A stretch of DNA of 64,000 bases from assembly GCA_040767805.1 (NCBI GenBank), contig JAXGNU010000002.1, forward strand, positions 1 to 64,000. The letters run 5' to 3'. Numbering within the stretch: the stretch's first letter is position 1; each line of letters begins with the position of its first letter. A program made the position numbers and the translations under genes. This DNA is from Thermovirgaceae bacterium (GTDB lineage Bacteria > Synergistota > Synergistia > Synergistales > Thermovirgaceae). The notes under the pieces are model-generated. The model was not told the origin of the DNA. It made no database searches and saw only the letters and a list, made by a program, of their open reading frames with translations. Positions 20,406-29,204 of the stretch are shown here, one piece after another.

Positions 20406-21324
20406 AGCCCATTCTCCGGAGCTCCCTTTCGGAGTTCCTCCACCCCGGCTTGACCTTGACCCAAAGGTCCAGGTAAACATCGTACCCGAAAACCTCCTCC
20501 AATTCCCTTCGCGCGAGTCCACCGATGTCCTTCAGTTTCGCGCCGCCCTTACCGATGAGGATGGCCTTCTGGCCCGGCTTCTCGACGAAAAGGGTCGCTC
20601 GTACCAGGAGGTTCCTCCTTTCGGGGTACTCGTCGGGGGACCTGAATTCTTCCACGACTACCGCGACGCTATGGGGTACCTCCTGCTCGGTGCGCTCAAG
20701 TACTTTCTCCCTGATAACCTCGGCCGCCAGGAATCGTTCGGTGCAGTCCACCAGCCTGTCGTCGTCGAAGATGGGGGGACCCGGGGGCAAAAGGTCGAAA
20801 AGGGTCTCCACCAGGAGATCCAGGTTGCGCCCCTCAAGGGCCGACACGGCTAGGACATGGGCGAACCCCCTCCTCCGGGTGAAGCATTCCCAGCCGTAGG
20901 GGCTGTGGTCGCGGTCATGGGCGTCAATCTTGTTCACGACGAGGACGACGGGCACGCGAATCCTTTCCAGCAGGTCCAGGATGATCCCGTCGGCCTTGCC
21001 CACCCTGCTGTCACCGGCCTCCACCATGAAACATACGACATCGGCCGCCTCAAGGGAAGCCGCCGCCTGCCTTTCCAGGAAACGTCCCAGCCTGTGAAGG
21101 GGCCTGTGGAGCCCCGGGGTATCGACGAAGACGATCTGTCCCCGCGGGTCGTTGAGCACCGCCCTGACGCTGTTCCTGGTGGTTTGGGGCTTGTCCGATA
21201 CTATGGCGGCCTTGCCGCCCACCAGGGCGTTGACCAGCGTCGATTTCCCCACGTTGGGCCTGCCCACTACCGCCACGAAACCGGACCGGAACGCTGGGCC
21301 TCCCCTCATTCGCCGCCCTTTCAC
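20398..21324 (-). CDS. era: GTPase Era
   Basis: GRPNVGKST, KPQTTR, DTPG, NKID; KH domain ILIGKGG..LK. Confidence 0.96.
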   Translation of the reverse strand: MKGRRMRGGPAFRSGFVAVVGRPNVGKSTLVNALVGGKAAIVSDKPQTTRNSVRAVLNDPRGQIVFVDTPGLHRPLHRLGRFLERQAAASLEAADVVCFMVEAGDSRVGKADGIILDLLERIRVPVVLVVNKIDAHDRDHSPYGWECFTRRRGFAHVLAVSALEGRNLDLLVETLFDLLPPGPPIFDDDRLVDCTERFLAAEVIREKVLERTEQEVPHSVAVVVEEFRSPDEYPERRNLLVRATLFVEKPGQKAILIGKGGAKLKDIGGLARRELEEVFGYDVYLDLWVKVKPGWRNSERELRRMGYT

Positions 21325-21737
21325 AGCCTGAAGGGCCTGGGGAAAAGGTACTCCAGCGAGAGGACTTCAAACCCGCCGGCCCCGTCCTCGAGGATGATGG
21401 CCATGGCGGGGTTGAACTCCGCCAGGACCTGGCGGCAGGCGCCGCAGGGAGGGCAAGGGACGCCCTCGGGCCCCGCGATGGCCATGGCCACGGGGTCTCT
21501 CCTCCCGGAAGCCACCATCAGGGTAATGGCATTTCTCTCGGCGCAGACCGAAAGCCCGTAACTGGCGTTCTCCAGGTTCCCAGCCAGGAAGACTTCCCCG
21601 GAACCGGAGAGCACGGCGGCTCCCACGGTGAACCCCGAGTAGGGGGCGTAGGCCTTCTCCCGCGCGCCCCTCGCCTGCTCCATGAGAGCCTCGAGTTCTT
21701 CCTTCTTAAGAGGGCCTCTCCCTGTGGAATCCTTCAT
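21321..21737 (-). CDS. cdd: Cytidine deaminase
   Basis: AYAPYS, CAER and PCGACRQ motifs. Confidence 0.95.
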   Translation of the reverse strand: MKDSTGRGPLKKEELEALMEQARGAREKAYAPYSGFTVGAAVLSGSGEVFLAGNLENASYGLSVCAERNAITLMVASGRRDPVAMAIAGPEGVPCPPCGACRQVLAEFNPAMAIILEDGAGGFEVLSLEYLFPRPFRL

Positions 21738-23023
21738 TCCGATACCTCCCCGATCCTGTAAAGGTCATCCAGGGGGGTCATCTTGACCAGCTTGATCCGG
21801 TGGTCCTCCACCTCCAGGACCTGGAACTCCCAGTGGCCGTAAGTGAGCCTTTGTCCCTTGTCGGGAAAGCGCCCGGCTAGGGAGAGGACCAGCCCCCCGA
21901 CGCTGTCCATGTCACTGGATTCGAAGGGGTATCCCACGGCTTCACTGAGGTCTTCCAGCCCCATCTGGCCCCTGACGAGGTAGCTGCCGTCGGGTTCTTT
22001 CTGAATAAGGGCGCTTTCATCGTCGTATTCATCCTGTATCTCCCCGACGATCTCCTCGATGAGATCCTCCAGGGTGACCAGGCCGGCGGTCCCGCCGTAT
22101 TCATCGATGACGATGGCCATGTGGACCCTTCGGCCCCTCATCACTTCGAAAAGGTCGGCCAGCCTCATCGTTTCGGGTACGAAAAGGGCCTCCCTCGCGA
22201 GGGAAGAGACCTTGATCGACGGGTCGCCCGACGTGAAAGCCCCTATCAGGTCCTTCACGTAAAGTATGCCCAGGATATGGTCGGGGCTCTTCCCGTAAAC
22301 CGGGAGCCTCGAATGCCCGCACTCCCTGAAAACCGGGAGGGATTCGCTTATATCGGTGTCACCGGGCACCGCCACCATGTCCGTCCTGGGTATCATGATC
22401 TCGTAGACCCTGGTCTCCTCGAAGGAGATGACGCCGTGGATCATCCTGCGCTCCTCCTCTTCGAAGACCCCGGAGGCCTCCCCTATGTTGACCATCTGCT
22501 CGATCTCCTCCCTGGTAACGAAGGGGTGCTGGGAGGAGAGGTCCACCTTCAGCAGGGACCCGAAGAACTTGACGATTCCCACGGTGACCCAGACGAGGGG
22601 CGAAAAGATCATGTTTATGAACCGGAGGAGGGGCAGGGCACCGGAGACGATCCCGTCGGGTTTCAGTATGGCGACGCTCTTGGGGAGTATCTCACCGAAG
22701 ATCACTATCACCACCGTCGTGAAGGCCACGGCCAGAAGGAGCCCCTTCGCCCCGATCAGCGATAACGCCACCTGGGTAGCCACGGCGCTGGCGGCTATGT
22801 TGACGAGGTTGTTCCCTATAAGAATGACCGTCAGGGCCCGGGGCATGTCCGAGATTAGCCAGTCAATACCCTTTCTTCTCTTGGGGTTATTTTCCTGGAT
22901 CGCCAGTAGTTTGCCTCGGCCTATGGAGGTGATCGCCGTCTCGCTGCTGCTGAAAAAAGCCGAGAAGAGTAGAAGAACGGCCAGGATCAGGATACTTCGG
23001 ATGATCTCTTCCTGCACCTGCAA
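21734..23023 (-). CDS. CNNM/HlyC-CorC family membrane protein (DUF21-CBS-CorC)
   Basis: FFSSSETA, GNNLVN, GEILPK, IDEYGGTAGLVTLED. Confidence 0.9.
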   Translation of the reverse strand: MQVQEEIIRSILILAVLLLFSAFFSSSETAITSIGRGKLLAIQENNPKRRKGIDWLISDMPRALTVILIGNNLVNIAASAVATQVALSLIGAKGLLLAVAFTTVVIVIFGEILPKSVAILKPDGIVSGALPLLRFINMIFSPLVWVTVGIVKFFGSLLKVDLSSQHPFVTREEIEQMVNIGEASGVFEEEERRMIHGVISFEETRVYEIMIPRTDMVAVPGDTDISESLPVFRECGHSRLPVYGKSPDHILGILYVKDLIGAFTSGDPSIKVSSLAREALFVPETMRLADLFEVMRGRRVHMAIVIDEYGGTAGLVTLEDLIEEIVGEIQDEYDDESALIQKEPDGSYLVRGQMGLEDLSEAVGYPFESSDMDSVGGLVLSLAGRFPDKGQRLTYGHWEFQVLEVEDHRIKLVKMTPLDDLYRIGEVSE

Positions 23024-23038
23024 CTCAATCCTTTCTTG

Positions 23039-23566
23039 TTATGCCCCAGGGCCCGCCCCTTCCTCCGGGGGGGTGAGGCAACGTTCCACTCGTTCCAGGA
23101 AGTGCCCCTGGATATCCCACATTTCGCGCCTTCCTTCCTCCGTCTCGTGGTCCCAACCCAAAAGGTGCAGCAGTCCATGGACCAGGACGAGGGCCAATTC
23201 CCTCACCGGCGGGTGACCCGCCTCCAGGGCGTTCTCTAGCACCCGCGGGAGGCAGACCATTATATCCCCCAGCAAGCATTCGGGGAGGGAGGTTGGGCAG
23301 CAAAACCCCCCGCTGGAGGCATGGATCGGGAAGGACAGGACGTCCGTGGGGTGCCCTTCTCCCATGAAGCGACGGTTGAGCTCGCTCATCTCGCCTTCGT
23401 CGATAAAATGCACCGAGAGGAAAAGATCCCCCGAGGAGTTCCACTCCGGGCAAAGGAACCGGAAGACCTCCTCCGCGACGGGCCCTAACGCTCCGGGTAT
23501 CCCGTCAAGGACCTCGACCGGCACCAGGCCTTGGGTCTCGCCGGTCACCTCCGTGATGACCCTCAT
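23039..23566 (-). CDS. ybeY: rRNA maturation endoribonuclease YbeY
   Basis: TDVLSF and HGLLHLLGWDH motifs. Confidence 0.92.
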   Translation of the reverse strand: MRVITEVTGETQGLVPVEVLDGIPGALGPVAEEVFRFLCPEWNSSGDLFLSVHFIDEGEMSELNRRFMGEGHPTDVLSFPIHASSGGFCCPTSLPECLLGDIMVCLPRVLENALEAGHPPVRELALVLVHGLLHLLGWDHETEEGRREMWDIQGHFLERVERCLTPPEEGAGPGA

Positions 23567-25629
23567 GACACGGCGGCCTCCCGAGGCGCATTCCCCGTCT
23601 TTTCCAGCGGGGTGACCTTTCTGGTGTGATACATGTGCTTGAGGGTCTCGATGAAGGCGGCCTTTATCCCCGTGAGGTCCTGGAATGTGAGGGGTACATC
23701 GGACAGCTGGGATTCAGCCACCTTAGTGTCTATGACCTCCTTCGTCATTTCTTCCAGTTCGCGGCTGTCGGTAATGGCCGGGGCGGCCGCCCTGACGGCG
23801 GCCTCGACCGAATCGGCGAGCATGAGGACCGCCGATTCCAGGCTGGAGGGGCGGCCTCCGGGGTAGCAGAATTGCTCCATGGGCAGGTCAGGATCGGCGC
23901 CCAGGGCCTTCTTGAAAAAATAATGAAGACAGGTGGTCCCATGGTGTTCACCTATGAAGGTCCTGATCTTTTTCGGGACACCGAACTGGCGGGCCGTCTC
24001 AAGCCCGTCCCGCACATGGGATATTATTATGAGCGCCGAGAGTGAAGGTGCCAGTTCGTCGTGGGGATTGTGACCCGTCTGCTGGTTCTCGACGAAGAAC
24101 TGGGGCCTCCTGAGCTTCCCGACGTCATGAAAGTACGCCCCCGCCTTGACCAGGAGGGGGTCCATCTTCAGCTTCTCCGCTGCGGCTTCAGCGAGCGTTC
24201 CGACCATCAGTGAGTGGTGATAGGTTCCGGGGGCTTCCAGCTGGAGCCTTTTCAGCAGCGGGTGTGAAGGGTGCGTCAGGGCCACGAGGCGGACGGGCGT
24301 GAGGATGTCGAAAAACCTCTCCCATAAGGGGAGAGAAGCCAGGGTCACCAGGGTCCAGGCCAGGGCCGAGGCCGAAAGGGATAGGAGGACCGAGCCTCCG
24401 GAGGGAAGGTAAAGACCCCAGCCGATGAAGAAACCCCCGAGGGCGAGGGAAATCCCCAGGAGGGCCATCTTGCGAAGAAGGTCCAAGCGGCCCGTGATCT
24501 TCCTGAGAAGAAGGTAAGCCAGGCTGGCCGTTAAGCCCGAAGTGAACACCGAAAGCATCAATCCCGCCGATGAACTGCCCGAAGTGATCACCGACCCGAC
24601 GATCCCCCCCCATAGGACGAGGTGGAACGCAAAGGAGCCCGGGAGGGCCAGGAAAGCCCAGCCGGCCAGTGTGATGACCCCCAGCCCGTTCCCCCCGAGC
24701 AGGGACGACAGGGACATGGCCACCCACCCGGCGATGAGGATCGTGACCATGAACGCCCATTCCCGGGCGTCGAAATGATACTCCCGGCGCCTAGAGAACC
24801 AACCCATCCAGGAAACCCAGGAAAGGACCCCCGTCACGATGAAGGCCAGGGTCTTCCAGGGGAAGAAGGCCTCGGGGTACCCCTGCGCCCGAAGAACGAG
24901 GGCGACCTCGGGCGAGATCACCTCGCCCTCCCTGACGATGATGTCCCCCACCGACAACACCCTTTCGACGGGTTCGACCTCGGAAGCCGCGAGGGATCTC
25001 ACCTCCCGGGTCACTTCGGGGTCCACGACCAGGGCTCTTTCCACGACGTGGTCCAGGATTTGGAAAGCAAGGTTCTGTTCCGGTATGGAAAGGCCCGAAG
25101 TCTCAAGGCTCCTCCACAGGATGTCAGCCGGAAGTTCCGCTCCCCCCGAAAGGGAATCCTGGTAAGATAGGGCGACCCTCGAAGCGACGCCGATTATCCT
25201 CCGGGCCGAGTCCTCGGGAAGGCTTTCCATTATCCTGGACAGGGAACCGGGAAGAACGGCGGCATAATCCCCCTTTTCCAGGGCGGTGAACTGGCCCCGG
25301 ACCTCTTCGGGGAACTTCCTGTCCTTAACCAGGACGCCCCCGATATCGGACATTCTTTGTTCCCTCAGGGCCCTTGTGGCGCTCTCATCGACTATCCTCA
25401 TGCGGGAATGGGCATAGTAGGTTTTCATGGCAGGGCTGCCCACCCTGAAAGAGCTCTCCCCTTCCTTGAAGTGCCACGCGCCGGCGAGGAGTATTGAAGC
25501 GACGGCAGCCAGCATGACGGCAGCGGCCCAGTGAGGGCGGTATCCCTTGTCGCCGGCCGGGTTGCCTGCGGTGAGTCTTTGTTGTGATGGGGCGGGACCT
25601 TTATCGCTGCTTTTGTTCATGTTTTTCAT
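23563..25629 (-). CDS. 7TM-HD phosphohydrolase (PgpH-like c-di-AMP phosphodiesterase)
   Basis: Extracellular domain plus 7 TM; APGTYHHS, HDVGK, HHGT and MLAD motifs; phoH-(pgpH)-ybeY context. Confidence 0.85.
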   Translation of the reverse strand: MKNMNKSSDKGPAPSQQRLTAGNPAGDKGYRPHWAAAVMLAAVASILLAGAWHFKEGESSFRVGSPAMKTYYAHSRMRIVDESATRALREQRMSDIGGVLVKDRKFPEEVRGQFTALEKGDYAAVLPGSLSRIMESLPEDSARRIIGVASRVALSYQDSLSGGAELPADILWRSLETSGLSIPEQNLAFQILDHVVERALVVDPEVTREVRSLAASEVEPVERVLSVGDIIVREGEVISPEVALVLRAQGYPEAFFPWKTLAFIVTGVLSWVSWMGWFSRRREYHFDAREWAFMVTILIAGWVAMSLSSLLGGNGLGVITLAGWAFLALPGSFAFHLVLWGGIVGSVITSGSSSAGLMLSVFTSGLTASLAYLLLRKITGRLDLLRKMALLGISLALGGFFIGWGLYLPSGGSVLLSLSASALAWTLVTLASLPLWERFFDILTPVRLVALTHPSHPLLKRLQLEAPGTYHHSLMVGTLAEAAAEKLKMDPLLVKAGAYFHDVGKLRRPQFFVENQQTGHNPHDELAPSLSALIIISHVRDGLETARQFGVPKKIRTFIGEHHGTTCLHYFFKKALGADPDLPMEQFCYPGGRPSSLESAVLMLADSVEAAVRAAAPAITDSRELEEMTKEVIDTKVAESQLSDVPLTFQDLTGIKAAFIETLKHMYHTRKVTPLEKTGNAPREAAVS

Positions 25630-26611
25630 AGGCCTGGACGATCCTCTGGACGACTTCGTGGCGGACGACGTCGTTTTTGCCCAGGGACACGAACTCGACC
25701 CCGGGAATCCCCTTCAGAATATTCCTGACGACCTTGAGGCCCGACTTCTTCCCCGATGGCAGGTCGATCTGGGTTATATCGCCGATGACGACCGCCTTCG
25801 ACCCGAAGCCGAGCCTGGTGAGGAACATCTTCATCTGTTCCGGCGTGGTGTTTTGGGCCTCGTCGAGTATTATGAAGCTGTCGTTCAGGGTCCTGCCCCT
25901 CATGTAGGCCAGGGGGGCAATCTCTATGATCTTCTTCTCGACGTACTTCGTGAACCTCTCCGGGGAGAACATTTCGTAAAAGGCATCGTAAAGCGGCCTA
26001 AGGTAGGGCTCCACCTTCTCCCTGAGATCCCCCGGGAGGTAGCCCAGGCTTTCGCCGGCTTCCACGGCGGGGCGGACCAAGACGACCCTGTTGACCTTGC
26101 CTTCCTTGAGGGCGGCCACGGCAAGCCCTACGGCCAGGTACGTCTTGCCTGTCCCGGCAGGGCCTACGGCGAAGAGGACGTCGTTTTTCCGTATGGCATC
26201 GACGTAGCGTTTCTGCCCCTCGGTTTTCGGGCGTACCGGCTTCCCCCTGTGGGTGAGGCATATCACGTCCTCATACAAGGGCATAAGATCAATGACACCC
26301 TGCTCGGCGAAGGCGTTCATGGCGTAGGTGACCTCGGCGGGCCGGAGCGCATGGCCCTTTCGGGCGATCTTCATCAGTTGCCGGAGCAGTTCCGTGACAA
26401 GGTCCACGGCACCGGCGTCGGGCCCATGGACGGTGATGAGGAGGTCCCGGACGACGAGCCTGACGGGATAACGCTCCTCGATGAGCCTCAGGTTCTCGTC
26501 CCTCGGGCCCAGGAGTCGTGAAAAAGTCTCTTCGTCCGCGGCCTCCACGGAACCGGTGTGGCCGTGGTTCGCTCTTTCGGCCGCCGTCGCCTCGCCTCTT
26601 ACGGGTCTCAT
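25601..26611 (-). CDS. phoH: PhoH family ATPase
   Basis: GPAGTGKT, RPAVEAGE.LG.LPGD, MRGRT, DEAQN. Confidence 0.94.
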   Translation of the reverse strand: MRPVRGEATAAERANHGHTGSVEAADEETFSRLLGPRDENLRLIEERYPVRLVVRDLLITVHGPDAGAVDLVTELLRQLMKIARKGHALRPAEVTYAMNAFAEQGVIDLMPLYEDVICLTHRGKPVRPKTEGQKRYVDAIRKNDVLFAVGPAGTGKTYLAVGLAVAALKEGKVNRVVLVRPAVEAGESLGYLPGDLREKVEPYLRPLYDAFYEMFSPERFTKYVEKKIIEIAPLAYMRGRTLNDSFIILDEAQNTTPEQMKMFLTRLGFGSKAVVIGDITQIDLPSGKKSGLKVVRNILKGIPGVEFVSLGKNDVVRHEVVQRIVQAYEKHEQKQR

Positions 26612-26844
26612 TCCGTCCTGACGACCTTTTCTATCTCAGGTATCTCCTTTCTGATGACGGCTTCCACCTGGGAACGCAACGTCTCGGCGGCGAAGGGGCA
26701 GTTGCCGCACGCCCCCTTCAGCCTTACGGTCACGACCCCGCCGTCGGTGTCAAAACTCACGAGTTCGATATCCCCCCCGTGGGACTGGAGAGCCGGTCTG
26801 ACCTGTTCCTCGATGAGCGACTTCACTCTTTCTTCTATTTCCAT
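26608..26844 (-). CDS. NifU C-terminal/Nfu-type Fe-S carrier
   Basis: VRP.LQSHGGD and GACGNCP motifs. Confidence 0.88.
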   Translation of the reverse strand: MEIEERVKSLIEEQVRPALQSHGGDIELVSFDTDGGVVTVRLKGACGNCPFAAETLRSQVEAVIRKEIPEIEKVVRTE

Positions 26845-26886
26845 GAAAAGCACCTCCGATCATCCTGATGCTGACAATGATCCGAT

Positions 26887-28359
26887 CTAAAGCGGGTAAG
26901 CCGCGCCTTCCACCAGGGGCTGAAGGCCCACGTCCCTGAGGTTTTCCCTGGCAAACTTCCTTACAAGGAAATCCTTCGCGACGGCCGGGAAGAGGGCGTA
27001 ACTCAGCGCGTCCTCGGGCTGTGTTATCCAATCCCCCATGGTCTTGTAGACACCAGGCAATTCTGGTTTCAGGACCTCCCCCGGCCGGCAGGTGATCGGC
27101 CTCTCTTCACCGATGACCTTCTTCTGGACCTCCTTGTCCAGCGGTCCGGGGGGCGTTCCGTAGTACCCCAGGAAGTACTGCCTCACTTCCTTGGAAACCA
27201 TCTTCCACCTCTCGCCCATTAGGACGTTCAGCGTTGCCTGGGTGCCGACGAGCTGGCTCGTGGGTGTGACCAGTGGCGGGTAGCCCATCTCCTTGCGGAC
27301 TTTGGGGACCTCCCGGAGCACATCCTGGAGCCTGTGGAGAGAATCCTGCTCCTTGAGCTGGCTCACGAGGTTGGAATACATCCCGCCGGGGATCTGGTAG
27401 ACGAGGACGTTGATGTCAACCCCCTCAAGACCCATGATCAGCTTGCTGTACTTCTCCCGGAGTTCCTTGAAGTACTCCGACACAGGGACCAGCCTCTCGA
27501 GGGCTATGCCGGTCTCGAAGTTCTTCCCCGCGAGGGCCGCCACCATCGTCTCCGTGGCAGGCTGGCTGGTCCCCATCGCGAAGGGCGAGATTGCGCAGTC
27601 CACCACATCGGCCCCGGCCAACACCGAGGCGAAATAAGCCATGGCGGCCATGCCGCTGGTGTAGTGGGAATGGACCTGGACCGGCAGGGACGTCTTCCTT
27701 TTCACCGCCTTCACCAGTTTGTGGGCTTGGACCGGCCCGAGGAGTCCCGCCATGTCCTTGATGCAAATGGAATCGGCGCCCATCCTCTTCATCTTGAGGG
27801 ACATGTCCGCGAAGGCCTCCAGGGTGTGCATGGGGGAGATCGTGTAAGAGAGGCTCATCTGGAGGTGGGCCCCTTCCTTTTTGACCTGGTCGGCGGCGAC
27901 CTCCATGTTCCTGAGGTCATTCAGGGCGTCGAAAACCCTGATTATGTCGAGGCCGTTGCCGACGGCCCTTTTGACGAACTCCCTCGCAACATCGTCGGCG
28001 TAGTGCCGGTAGCCCACAATGTTCTGCCCCCGAAGGAGCATCTGGAGCCTTGTCTTCTGGAACCGCTTTCTCAACGTCCGAAGGCGTTCCCAGGGATCTT
28101 CCTCGAGGAAACGCATGCAGGTATCGAAGGTGGCGCCCCCCCACACTTCAAGGGAGTGGTACCCCACTTCGTCCATCTGTTCCGCCACGGGGATCATGTC
28201 CTCGGTCCGAAGCCTCGTCGCCATTATGGACTGGTGGGCGTCCCTTAGGGCCGTCTCAGTGATACCTATCTTTCTTTTCGGCGCCTCCCCGGTACCCCCT
28301 CTCTCTCGTTTCTCCACCGCGGGGGCGGCCTTCTCCTCTTTCTGTGATTGCGCGCTCAT
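26887..28359 (-). CDS. Pyruvate/oxaloacetate carboxyltransferase (OadA/PycB/transcarboxylase 5S-like), no biotinyl domain
   Basis: RDAHQS, WGGATFD, LRGQN, IKDMAG, HSH, PGGM.SN, GYPPLVTPTSQ. Confidence 0.9.
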   Translation of the reverse strand: MSAQSQKEEKAAPAVEKRERGGTGEAPKRKIGITETALRDAHQSIMATRLRTEDMIPVAEQMDEVGYHSLEVWGGATFDTCMRFLEEDPWERLRTLRKRFQKTRLQMLLRGQNIVGYRHYADDVAREFVKRAVGNGLDIIRVFDALNDLRNMEVAADQVKKEGAHLQMSLSYTISPMHTLEAFADMSLKMKRMGADSICIKDMAGLLGPVQAHKLVKAVKRKTSLPVQVHSHYTSGMAAMAYFASVLAGADVVDCAISPFAMGTSQPATETMVAALAGKNFETGIALERLVPVSEYFKELREKYSKLIMGLEGVDINVLVYQIPGGMYSNLVSQLKEQDSLHRLQDVLREVPKVRKEMGYPPLVTPTSQLVGTQATLNVLMGERWKMVSKEVRQYFLGYYGTPPGPLDKEVQKKVIGEERPITCRPGEVLKPELPGVYKTMGDWITQPEDALSYALFPAVAKDFLVRKFARENLRDVGLQPLVEGAAYPL

Positions 28360-28403
28360 GTCGTCACCTCCGACGAAAAGCCTTTTACGAGCCCTTTCCT
28401 CTC

Positions 28404-29204
28404 TTACTCTCCCTTGGCGTCGACCCAGAGAGCCTCCAGTTCATCAAGGGTATAGTCCGACCAGGGCCTTCCGCTGCGTTCAACCCTTTCTTCCATGAAG
28501 CGAAGCCGGGATTCAAATTTCCTGTTCGCCCTCTGGAGGCTGAACTCTGCTTCTATCTTAAAATGCCTGGATAGGTTGACTAGCGCAAAGAAAATATCGC
28601 CGATCTCCTCCTCGATGTGTTCCCTGTCCCGGGAGTCGATGGCTTCGTTGAGTTCTTCCATCTCCTCGCGGATCTTGTCGACAATGGGTCCGATATCCCC
28701 CTCTTCCCAATCAAAACCCACCTTGGCCGCCCTTTCCTGTATTTGCCTGGATTTGACCAGCGCCGGGAGGCTGGGGGGTATCCCCGCGAAGAGGGAGGAA
28801 TCCTCGCGCTTGATCCTTCTTTCGCCCTGCTTAATTAGGTCCCAGTTCCTGCTGACGGCGGAACCAGCCTCGACTCTCTGACCGCCGAAAACATGGGGGT
28901 GCCTCCTCACCAGTTTTTCATTGAGGCACCTTATGGAGTCGGCCAGGTCGAAAAGGCCCTTCTCCATGCATATCTGGGCGACAAAAACCACCTGGAGGAG
29001 CAGGTCGCCGCTTTCCTCGCAAATGGCGCCGGGGTCATCCTTTTCTATGGAGTCCACCAGTTCATAGGCTTCTTCGAGTATAAAGGGCCTCAGGCTCTCC
29101 AGGGTCTGTTCCCTGTCCCAGGGGCAGCCGCCGGGCTCCCGGAGCCTTTCCATTATTGAAAGCAACCCATCAATCTCTTCGTGAACCCTCGATGCCCTGA
29201 CCAT
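28404..29204 (-). CDS. mazG: Nucleoside triphosphate pyrophosphohydrolase MazG
   Basis: GCPWDREQT, EEAYE, GDLLLQ, RRHPHVF, EE.GD. Confidence 0.94.
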   Translation of the reverse strand: MVRASRVHEEIDGLLSIMERLREPGGCPWDREQTLESLRPFILEEAYELVDSIEKDDPGAICEESGDLLLQVVFVAQICMEKGLFDLADSIRCLNEKLVRRHPHVFGGQRVEAGSAVSRNWDLIKQGERRIKREDSSLFAGIPPSLPALVKSRQIQERAAKVGFDWEEGDIGPIVDKIREEMEELNEAIDSRDREHIEEEIGDIFFALVNLSRHFKIEAEFSLQRANRKFESRLRFMEERVERSGRPWSDYTLDELEALWVDAKGE

